Shown here: positions 51,668 to 62,515 of the stretch, in pieces | How positions within the stretch are numbered: position 1 is the stretch's first letter | How the letters are laid out: every line of letters starts with the position of its first letter | Source: Lingula anatina | Taxonomy: Eukaryota; Animalia; Brachiopoda | Length of the DNA stretch: 64,000 bases | Assembly: GCA_051362555.1 (NCBI GenBank) | Contig: CM120647.1 | Location: forward strand, 11,942,651-12,006,650 | Direction of reading: 5' to 3' | Notes under the pieces: model-generated | Told to the model about the DNA's origin: nothing | Database searches by the model: none | Seen by the model: only the letters and a program-made list of their open reading frames with translations | Position numbers and translations under genes: made by a program

Positions 51668-53901
51668 ATGGAAAAAAGAGTACTGCCGATGTTTTTCATT
51701 TTCCTCGTATTTCTGTTAAACTTTCCCGAAACACAGGCTGAGGATGTTACCCCAGACGTGAACTGCCTGGACATTTTGATTCATTCGAACTGTCAGCTGA
51801 TAATAACGGTGGAGAGTACCAAACAAATCAACAGCACCCTTTCTGATGCCCAAACCCGGTTTGTTCGCTTGAACCCCATAGTCCGACCATATTACAGTGA
51901 TGAGTTCTGGCGTGCTAAGAACAGAAATGACGAAATTGGGAAATATTTCTGGGTTTGGGCTGATGGAGACATTGGGCGACGATTCCTGTCCTTAGACTAC
52001 AATTTCGTGGAAATGCCATTGTGGACTCTTTCACCCGGTGTAGAGAAAATTAACGTTGACTTACACGAGGTACAGCTCGGATGTTGGGTTACCATAAACG
52101 TGACTGAACAATTCTGCACCTTAGCATCACTGTTTATTGACACAGTTCATGAAATTTCTCATACACAACATCGCCTGCAGGACAGTATTTTTTGTTATGA
52201 TACACTTGAGACAAGTAGTTACCAGTGTTCAAATGTGTCTAATGTTTCAAATTTAAGTTTCTCGTTAGAAGAAAGTAGGCTTGTCAATTTCAACATTTTA
52301 AAAATTATTGTCATTTTCATATATTTTTATTTTTTACCATCGTTCTTTGTCTCTTTATTTCCAGAGCCATTTACGGCTCGATTTTCTGAACAATTGCGTG
52401 ATAATATGACAAAATACGAGATCAATTATTCAACAGCAAAGACACCTCTTGGCGATTTGTTCTCGTTATATAACCGAATTTATGCCTTTTTCGTAGTTAT
52501 TTTAATCTACCTACTAGTCAATATACCTTTGGTGTACGTGATATGCACGACCCTCATTTTCCATCAAGATCACACTGAAACTCGTCTTTCAGACCCAAAA
52601 ATTTCTATCCCTCTTTTGCCTTGCCTTCTTTTACTTGAAATTTGTATAACGGGGTTTTTGGCGCAGCAATCGATAAGCAAATTTGAAGAATGTAAGGAGA
52701 GAATCAACAAAATTGCGAATTGTAAATCTTACTGGCTTAGGTTGGTGTTATTTTTTCAACAGACTGATCGCAAGATCGACTGTGCAATTGAAAGCTATTT
52801 GGGTCATTATATTTCACTTGAAAATAATGTGAGAAGGAACTGGATAGAGGCAACGGAATTGATAGTAGGTTGTTTGAAATGTGAAAGTAGGTGCTGTTCC
52901 ATTTTTGGGTCCATCATATGTTTTTTTGTAGAATCAGTATAGGGTGGTTTTTAATCCTTTTTTGTACTTCACCTTTAATTTGTGTCGTGTTTGAGGGGAT
53001 TCTACTGACAACAAAACCAGGCTGTTGCTTATTCACACACATAATACCTGTTTTCATCTGGAATGGATATATAATAGCCCTTTGCGTTTGGTTTTCATGG
53101 TACTGGGTTTCGATTGTCACCACAACTCTAGCTGGTGTCATTTTGAACTACGACATCATATTGCCGTACGTTATGTTAGGTTTATCAGTGCTCTATTACG
53201 TCTGGTATCCTTTCCACGATTTACAAGAAAAGTGCCGTGTGTTGAAAATGGTTGCATTTAAAGAATGCTCAGCAAGTGGTCCGAGTTACAGTAAACTTAT
53301 TCAAAGCAACGTTCAGAACACAGGCAGTTCAGACTCGAATACCACACCAAAGGCTGATCAGATACATAACGGTGAAGGGACAAGTACTGATTCTGGAATG
53401 ACACTGTCTACCAGAAACATACAATCGACAACCCCAGTACCCTCAAATTCCTCAACAGCGGCATTGCATGTAGATGGTGATGAAGAGGAAAATTGTGATA
53501 CTAAAAATGTACTAGCTATCGACAGCAAACAGCCACTTACTCTACAGCAAGGCAATGAAATATACATCCTCTTATACGAATCAGATGAAAAGGGTTGGGA
53601 AAGTATTCCTAAAAACCTGTGGACGTCCATTTATACACTGTTACTTCCTCGCAATATTGAAATGGCAAAAGCAATCATCAACTCAACAGCTGCTGTGGTT
53701 ATGGCGTTCTTTTTCATGTTTACGTTGATGGATTTCCATAAATTTTGGGAATTAGAAATTATCGGTCAGGGGGTAGCCTCTCTCATTACTGTGTCAATTC
53801 CTAGGCTTGTGTTGGGTTTTGTTAACACGGAGGCTAGCAAAGATAGTCTGAAGCGCAGCTGGGAGGTTGCAGTCAGAGATATAGTAAAAAGGTATATTTA
53901 A
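51668..53901 (+). CDS. Uncharacterised multi-pass membrane protein, paralog A (signal peptide, Cys-containing ectodomain, about 8-10 hydrophobic segments); one -1 frameshift at T7 52921-52927
   Basis: Acceptor TTTACAG ends at 51643, ATG 51668, signal peptide MEKRVLPMFFIFLVFLLNFPETQA. The 445-aa and 336-aa ORFs overlap at 52891-52942 and fuse into 744 aa if one T is added to the T7 run. Homology to paralog B on both sides of the shift supports a single gene. Confidence 0.8.
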
Positions 53902-53988
53902 AAAAATGAGATTCCCGATCCAAGCACTGCCCATTAATGTGATGCTTTAACTGATTACCTTTTGTCATCATACTAAAGGTGTCTTATA

Positions 53989-54156
53989 AGGACCATTCCC
54001 AAAGATATTTAGATCGATCTAACTCCCTGGGAAGTCTCACTCAATTGCTGTCAACTTGGCCTGCTTACATGTCTGTCACGCCTAGTAAAGCTGTTAAGGG
54101 GTAATTATCTTTACCCTCTAGCTGATTCGCTAAGCGTGACAGACAATTTAAGCCGG
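53989..54156. mobile_element. MITE family 2 copy, truncated at its CCGG by a Ginger-like insertion
   Basis: Colinear with 24462-24621 up to TTTAAGCCGG. Confidence 0.75.
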
Positions 54157-54359
54157 TGTCATGAAACGTAGGGTCCGGTTAAATGCAGGGTCCGGGGGAC
54201 AATGTATATTATATTCAATTATCATAATACAGAGTCCGGGACTCGTTATTTCAGAAACCAGGGGTCCGTAGCCATCCCAACTTCCGTAGGACCCCTGGTT
54301 TCTGAAATAACGGGTCCCGGACTTTCTGTCATGGGGGACCTTCTGGTACATGACACCGG
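54153..54359. mobile_element. Ginger1-like MITE (CCGG TSD, TGTCA...TGACA ends)
   Basis: CCGG-TGTCATG ... CATGACA-CCGG; internal ~35-bp stem AGTCCGGGACTCGTTATTTCAGAAACCAGGGGTCC / GGACCCCTGGTTTCTGAAATAACGGGTCCCGGACT. Confidence 0.7.
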
Positions 54360-55367
54360 GCTCTGTAGACGTTATTTGCGACACTCTTAACGTATTAATG
54401 GACTTTTCAGCTGGCGAAGAAATTGAGAATGTGATGTGGACAATTTTGAATGTTTTGCTTTTCTTAAGGCGCAATTCCTATGCTCCAAGGAATGGGGAGT
54501 CTAGACATTTCGATCATTAATGAAATCATCTTAAGCTTTTTTCGACTTTGTCTCCCCGTTTATTTTTCAGCATATTCGATAAACAACTGCTGCGTTCCAA
54601 AAATTCCTATTGATCATGTGTTAACGTTTTTTAGAAGGGCAAGTTTGTGTTTGTGTACGTTGCATTATTTTGACGATGGAGTCATAAAAAATGTCAACGT
54701 CTTTCATATTTTATTAACGCATTCCGTTGCTTAATCCCTCTGGATACATGTTTGTCGCACTTTCGATTTGCTTTCGTGTTTACTTCTTTTATTCCACTTC
54801 TATTAATTAGCCTGTTATGGATGGAAAGATAAACTTATCGATCAGCCATCCCAACTTCCAATTAGACATACGACTTTTGTATGAATAGTACATCAATACT
54901 AATAAATAAAAAAAGCACTTTTATATCGATTGATCGTAGGGGATTCATTAATTCTTATTCGTTCTTCTTGATCGAATTAATGTTCTCAAAACGTACCTCG
55001 AATTAAAGCATGCATCTGTTGGTAACTACTCATTCATTAACTAATTTGTATATTGGTAAAATCACGTTTAAATATTTTTAAATCATAAAATGGGTACACA
55101 TCTCAAAACTCAATTAATTGATGCTGAAAGCACAAAACTTTATTTTGGTTCTCTGAAGTTCAGCAAGCATATCTATATAATTCAGATTTTTAAATTAATA
55201 GATCACATAATGCTAATCAAATAAAAAGATGACTTTGGTGAAATTTAAAAGGTTTTCTTTAATTTTTTTTTTTGAAAAGGCATCGTTAAGATATCAGCTC
55301 AATTAATCTAATCTGCAACCTTGGTGCATGTTTGTTCTTTGAAGTTTTCTTCTCTACCGCAATTCAC

Positions 55368-57964
55368 AACTAGAGGATCAGAGAGGCGATACCGCCTCCA
55401 AATATTGTACCACCAGCTGGAGCAAGCGCATTCGTATAGACCCCCACATACACAAAATAAGGGACACAGCCACCAGTTTTGTGCTTGACAAGCTGTAAAA
55501 ATGCAATCAACAAGAATTTTTAAACTATTGCAAAAAATATATATGGTACAATCAAATTAAAATTCTTCGTAAGGTAGGTCAAGGGTCAATTTCAAGGTCA
55601 CAGTAAATTGCCAGTATATGACTTGAATCCAGTTTTGGAGATAAAAGGGAAACAAAATTTGCAAAATTCAGTTCATGGTGAAAAGTAGGTCAAAGGTCAA
55701 TTTCAAGGTCACATTTAGATTGCCAGTATATGACTTTCTATTCAAGTTCAATAGTAACTATGGACCTATCTCTGCCAGTTTTGGAGATAAAAGGGAAGCA
55801 AAATTTGCAAAGTTCAGTTTATGGTGAAAAGTAGGACAAAGGTCAATTTTAATGTCACATTTATAATGCCAGTATATGACTTCCTATTCAAGTTCAATAG
55901 TAACTACGGACCTATCTCAGCCAGTTTTGGAGATAAAAGGAAAGCAAAATTTGCAAAATTCAGTTGTTGGTGTAAAGTAGGTCAAAGGTCAATTTTAAGG
56001 TCACATTTAGATTGCCAGTATATGACTTCCTTTTCAAGTTCAATAGTAACTATGGACCTATCTCAGCCAGTTTTGGAGATAAAAGGGAAGCAAAATTTGC
56101 AAAATTCAGTTCATGGTGTAAAGTAGGTCAAAGGTCAATTTTAAGGTCACATTTAGATTGCCAGTATATGACTTCCTTTTCAAGTTCAATAGTAACTATG
56201 GACCTATCTCAGCCAGTTTTGGAGATAAAAGGGAAGCAAAATTTGCAAAATTCAGTTCATGATGTAAAGTAGGTCAAAGGTCAATTTTAAGGTCACATTT
56301 AGATTGCCAGTATATGACTTCCTTTTCAAGTTCAATAGTAACTATGGACCTATCTCTGCCAGTTTTGGAGATAAAAGGGAAGAAAAGTTTGCAAAATTCA
56401 GTTTATGGTGAAAAGTAGGTCAAAGGTCAATTTTAAGGTCACATTTAGATTGCCAGTATATGACTTCCTATTCAAGTTCAATAGTAACTACGGACCTATC
56501 TCAGCCAGTTTTGGAGATAAAAGGAAATAAAAATTTGCAAAATTCAGTTCATGGTGTAAAGTAGGTCAAAGGTCAATTTTAAGGTCACATTTAGATTGCC
56601 AGTATATGACTTCCTATTCAACTTCAATAGTAACTATGGACCTATCTCTGCCAGTTTTGGAGATAAAAGGGAAGAAAAATTTGCAAAGTTCAGTTCATGG
56701 TGAAAAGTAGGTCAAAGGTCAATTTTAAGGTCACATTTAGATTGCCAGTATATGACTTCCTATTCAAGTTCAATAGTAACTATGGACCTATCTCAGCCAG
56801 TTTTGGAGATAAAAGGGAAGAAAAATTTGCAAAGTTCAGTTCATGGTGAAAAGTAGGTCAAAGGTCAATTTCAAGGTCACATTTAGATTGCCAGTATATG
56901 ACTTCCTATTCAAGTTCAATAGTAACTATGGACCTATCTCTGCCAGTTTTGGAGATATAAGGGACTAGATGTTATAATTTTGGAGTTACCATAATGTGCC
57001 TTAAATTTCGTACAGAAAAATTAATTAAAATAAAGAAAATGTCATTTTGGTCAAAATTCTTGAAATAGGAGGTGCTCTGAAGTTTCAGAAGTTCAAATTT
57101 GATGAAATAATGTCATTTTTGAACACAAGTTGTCTGCTTTGCCAAGCCTTATGTTTTATTTTTCCAGAGTTCAAAATTTATTATCCATTACCGTACTGCA
57201 CGTTTTGCTTTTACCACCAATATGTACTTTTTGATACAGCGTAACTCGAAAACCGTATGGAATACAAAAAAACCGAGACCACCCTCAGTGTTGGGCTTTA
57301 CATGCTCTACAAAATGCAAAAAAGAATGGGTCTCTAGCATTAACGGTTCCCGAATTAGAGACAGTTTTCAGTTTTGGTATCTTATGGCCGCTACTCCCGT
57401 GAAAATGCACCGATTGACCCCAAATTCATGGAAATGAAAGATGACCTGAAGGGTAACACTTTCCAATAATATTATTGGTTAAGTCTGTGTGGTGTCTGAA
57501 TAACAGGGCAAAAAAAATTTTTTTCGTAAAAAAATTCATTTTTTTGAAAATTTTGGCCCATTTGACCTTGAAGTAGAGGTCAAAGGTCAAATCCAAGGAT
57601 ATATTTGAAATCTACACATATGACTTTTGGAAAGCCGTCTATAGAAATTTTTCCCATAACTCCTTCCGTAGGGTAGATAATTAGCATTTAATTTTGCCAT
57701 TTTTAGACAAGGGTGCATTGCAATGAGTGCCACACCCAGACCCCAATACCGACAAAGCCCAAATTTTACGTGGAACGAGTTGAGATTATAGGTGACCTAA
57801 ATCCATGAGATGGGTACGGGGGCCCTTACCATCTAGGAGGAGAAGCGGTAACGGTAGCCGTCCGGCGGAGCCGGCGGAGCCAACGGAGCCGGCGGAGCCG
57901 GCGGAACGATCCGGACGGGACCGAAACCATGTGTACCGCCAGCGCTAACGCTGGTGGTACAATA
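55368..57964. mobile_element. Non-autonomous Helentron-type (HINE/DINE-like) rolling-circle element carrying a satellite array
   Basis: Starts AACTAGAG; small hairpin GAGGCG-ATAC-CGCCTC 55383-55398; 15-bp subterminal inverted repeat TATTGTACCACCAGC (55403-55417) / GCTGGTGGTACAATA (57950-57964); 3' hairpin 57932-57961; GCCGGCGGA-type microsatellite about 57857-57906; central tandem array. This is the known layout of Helentron-associated elements. Confidence 0.75.
55574..56963. repeat. 146-bp tandem repeat array, about 9.5 units
   Basis: Unit start GTAGG(T/A)CAAAGGTCA recurs at 55685, 55831, 55977, 56123, 56269, 56415, 56561, 56707, 56853 (period exactly 146); first unit at 55574 has a 35-bp deletion. 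Confidence 0.97.
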
Positions 57965-58737
57965 AATCACCCCGGCTGTACATGTCTTCTGGTTGATATG
58001 AAATATTTCATGAAGCCAATTTTAAGGATAGTGTGTATTGAGTTAGAAAGTAAAATTTGTTGTTAAAAGTGTAAAAAGTCAATACAATGGACTGATGTTT
58101 TTCTTTCTTTTTATTTATTTATTTATTTTTTTTATGTTTTCCCGTGGTAAAGTATTTAATTCTATATCTTTAACAATGAGGTCTATGTTTTACAGGTGCA
58201 CAATGTAATTCCGGTGAGGGTACGTGTATATCAAATAAAAGAAGAGTTTGGTGCCACAATAAAAATCTACAATTTTCCGCTCAATTTAAAACTTGATACT
58301 TACCCTTTATATCTGAAACTCTCCATGGGCAGTTTTGATCACAGTCTTTACCTTAAATATTTATTATTATTTGTGTAAACAATGTAATTTTGGTAAGGCG
58401 CTGACAAGCGATAATAATAACAGACACAGTTTACGTTCCGTCATTAATACAAGACACCTGTTTGAAATAAAAACCTTGCTTCCCATGGCATGTGTACTTA
58501 TTGATAATTTAAATGAAGTTCAGGAACACAGTTGACCAAGTGTCTCTGATCCCACCCCCATCTCACAACCCCAATCATTCTCACACAATCAGGCAAAATC
58601 CGCTGAAATCCGGACAATTAAATGTTTAACTAGCCTGTGTCCACTCGACCTCAAACTTCCAGGGGCATTATTCTTCCCTCAGGCATTGGGTTGTATAAAA
58701 TATCCCTCTCCTTTTGTTCCCCTTATAGATATAAAAC

Positions 58738-60759
58738 TAGCTTCAGTGCACTAGAGCTAGAAGGTGAAGACTGAGTAGATGAAATGAACGATAGAATAAC
58801 GACCACCATCCTAGAATGTGCATCAGAAGTCGCACTGGCCAGTAAAATGAAGGACTCAAAGCTCTCAACAGAAACGAGGATTCTCATGAAGAAAAGACGG
58901 ATGATGAAGAAAATGGAGGTAAGCAACAACAGGGACATCAGAAACAACATCGAATATGCAGAACAGGATAAGACCATCAAGAAGAAGGCAATGGAAGACA
59001 TCAGGAAGCAGAACATGAAGAAGATAGCAGAGACTATCGAAAATGGAAAGAGCATGAAAAGAGCAAAAGATCCTTTCAACTAGGGCAGGATAGAATGCTG
59101 ACTCTTCTAGACAAAGATGAAAATGAGCTCACCACACAAGACCAGATATTAGAACGAGTAGAAGAATTCTACGGAGAGTTGTATGGCAGTAACAAGGGAA
59201 TAGAAATCTCAACAATGGCATGCGATCTACCAGACATAACAGCTTGGGAAGTAGAGTCAGCAGTCCAGAAAATGAAGAAAGGGAAGGCAGCAGGAAATGA
59301 CAACATCAAAGCAGAAATGGTAAAAGCAGGAGGAGATATCCTATCTCAGGAATTAGCCAGGCTCTTCACAAAGTGCTTACATCTGAAGGAAATTCCTGTA
59401 GCATGGAAGAACGCCAACATGATCATAATGTTCAAAAAGGGCAATTACAGACCCATCTGCCTACTTTCTAATTTGTACAAGATTTACACCAAAATATTGA
59501 CCGAAAGACTAACAAGACAACTAGATGAAGCGCAGCCAAAGGAACAAGCAGGTTTCAGAGGCCAGTACACCACTACTGATCATATGCACACTGTCAACCA
59601 GCTCAAAGAGAAATGTCTCGAGTATAACATTCCACTATGTGTAGCATTCGTTGATTATGAAAAAGCCTTCGACTCAGTAGAAACCCAGTATATACTGGCA
59701 TCCCTGCAAGATCTAGGGATCGAAGATGGATACGTAGACGTCCTCAGAGACATATACACCGATAGCTCTGTAACAGTCAAACTACACAAGACCACCAATT
59801 AGATCAGGATCAAGAAAGGTGTACGCCAAGGAGATGCAATCTCTCCTAAACTGTTCACAGCAGCATTGGAACGTATATTCAGGGATCTAGACTGGCAGGA
59901 CAAGGGCATAAACATAGACAGTACCAGGCTCAATCACCTTAGGTTTTCAGACGATATCATAATAGTAGCAGATGATGCAAAAGACCTCGAAGAAATGCTG
60001 CAGGCGTTAGCAGATGAAAGCGCAAAAAGTGGGCTTAAGATGAACACCAGCAAGACAAAGGTGATGTTTGGACCACTAACCACCCCTTGCACAGTGAAGG
60101 TCAACACCAAAGAGATAGAAGCAATAGAAGAGTATATATACCTTGGGCAACGGTTCAGCCTTAGTGATCGAACACTGGAGAAAGAAATCCAACGAAGGAT
60201 AAAAGCAGGATGGGCAGTGTATGGGAAGCACAATGACATCTTCAAGAGCAACCTTCCTACCTGCCTGAAAAAGAAAGTGTTCAATGCTTGTGTGCTGCCG
60301 GCAATCACCTATGGTTCAGAGACCTGGGCACAGAATGCCTCCATGGAACACAAGCTGCAAGTAGCTCAGAGAAAGATGGAAAGAATTATGTTGAACATCA
60401 GTCCAAGAGAACAGAAAACGAATGTATGGTTACGTGAACAGACCAAAGTTAAGGACGTACTGCTCACAGTTAAAGAAATGACATGGAGGTGGGCAGGACA
60501 TGTCAAAAGAATGAAGGACAACAGGTGGACAATCAGGCTTACAGAATGGACCCCAAGGTATGGACAAAGAAAAAGAGGAAGGCCGGTCAAACGATGGAGG
60601 GATGAATTAGATGACTACTGGAAGACTTGGAAGAAGAAACCTTGGCCAAACTGGAAATCTGAGGCTCAGGATAGGAAACAATGGAAAAAGCATGCTGAGG
60701 CCTTTGTCCAACAGTGGAACACTATAGGCTCTAAATGATGATGATGATGAATGATGATG
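58738..60759 (+). mobile_element. 5'-truncated, inactivated RTE-clade non-LTR retrotransposon (reverse transcriptase)
   Basis: RT motifs NYRPICLLS, EQAGFR, FVDYEKAFDSV, GVRQGD, LRFSDDI, YIYLG; RTE-type C-terminus WAGHV..RW..WTP..RGRP..RW; (ATG)n tail 60735-60759; 13-bp TSD ATAGATATAAAAC at 58725-58737 and 60760-60772; frameshift near 59080 and in-frame TAG at 59800. Confidence 0.93.
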
Positions 60760-62341
60760 ATAGATATAAAACAGCATATGAAGCACTTTAAGCAGGGTGG
60801 TATGCACTTAAATACCACTTTCACACCCTCAAGCTATCTAAATTAACAGGATTTATACCAACCTCAACACTAAACACGTGCCGAATCAGTGGATAAAATA
60901 CATACAAATTTCAATGACAATTAGCAATTATGCACCACTTTCCGTCGGTGAAAGGCGCGTGAGTAGCATGTGATTGTGAAGTCGTGTAAATAGCGACAAT
61001 ATTTTCTTCCTGACCAATTGTACATGTGGCGGTGTCTGGAAAAAAATGAAACTGAATAGAAAAAAAACCTACACCAGGAAGAGGAATAACAGAATACATA
61101 AGCTTCACACAAAGCTGGGGTAATTTATATTAGAGAAGTCACTTGGAAGAGTGAAATCATAGGTTAATGCGATGGTTAAAGCAATAATAACTCTTCCTTT
61201 GAGATTCAAAATTCCGCATGAAATACATTGTAAACAACGCATGGAAATATATTCTATTGTATTTTACCACTAAAACGGCCGTTATTGTAGTAAAACTAAA
61301 ATCTGTGCTTGTCAATAGGGCTTTCGAAGCTTTCATCAAGGCATTCGTTGCTAATGACGTAATGGTGTCACGCGGATTCTCGCGTTCATTCGAGACCAAA
61401 ATAACATATGGCGCCAAACGCATTAATGCGGACGCAGACGTAAGTTGCGAGTTTTTGTACAGTGCGTCGGATAACAAAAAGCCCAGAACGGCACACATTG
61501 TGGATATTAATGCATTTTTAACAAAAAGACGAATATATCTCATGAATCTTATATAGTGTTGTTGTTGTCTGCTTTTCCCGCGGTTTTAAGTAGGTCAACA
61601 GTGACTATGCGATGTCAGAGAGAGCTCCGTCAGTTAAAATCTCTTAAGAGATTTTAACAAAAAACCGTACGTTTAGGAAAAAAAACCTGGATTAACTTTG
61701 AATGCAGGAATGGGGTCGCTGACCATTGGTAAGTACGGGAAAATTGCCGTTTACTCCAGGAAAATCCAATTTTTGGCCAAAATGAAGAGTTATTATGACT
61801 TTAAAGTTGTAATCCGTTCACAGAGGTGGCTTCAATTTAGAGTTTCAAAATTGTACTCTTAAATTGCCGGATATTTGTATTTTAAAACGAGTTAATATAA
61901 ACGTTTTCGCGCTCTATCTTCCATTCTATTTTTTCATCAACGTATTCGACATTTCCACTTTAGGCAAATTTTTTAACACTTCATAAAACTGTACGCACAA
62001 AAGAAACGAAAAAAAGGCTCGTTTTTCATGAATAACTTAGAAAAATACTGTACATCTTCTCTTGGAGGATATACATGTATTTCATGCTCCATTTTAGACA
62101 CCATTCAAATATCATTCCAGCAAAACATGCACGTTTCGTCAGTTTGGTCATTATAACTCTTTAAAGGTAATGTTAACACCTTGACATTTAATAAAGCAGT
62201 AAGCATATTAAATCATATCAACGCCTTGTAGAGCTTTAACCATACCGAGATAACCAAGGCACTGAGGTATTTACTCAAACATTGAGGTCAAGCGCATACG
62301 ATGTGCTTCTAATCTTCACTTGATAATCAGTCGCCAGTTTG

Positions 62342-62422
62342 GAAATCAAAGCGAAAGCACTAGCTTTACTTAACAGACGTTACTGGCAGCTAGTAGACGT
62401 TGAGTCCAAGACCTGTACTGGT
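62342..62422 (+). promoter_or_regulatory. IRF-E-like element and conserved 5' UTR splice donor upstream of paralog B
   Basis: GAAATCAAAGCGAAAGC at 62342-62358 (IRF-E consensus GAAA[GC][TC]GAAA[GC][TC], one mismatch); donor CTG|GTATGT at 62421. Confidence 0.4.
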
Positions 62423-62515
62423 ATGTGAACATTTCTAACTTAAATATCAAAATTATTTTCAGGATGGGATGCATTCGGTCAGTTACGTAAGTGTAGGGGG
62501 GGGGGTGAGTTACGA

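Noticed and set aside
55574-56963. CRISPR-like array
   Set aside because: Units are wholly repeated with no unique spacers, no cas genes, eukaryotic context.
58723-60807. Minus-strand ORFs over the RTE element
   Set aside because: Antisense shadows of the purine-rich RT frame.
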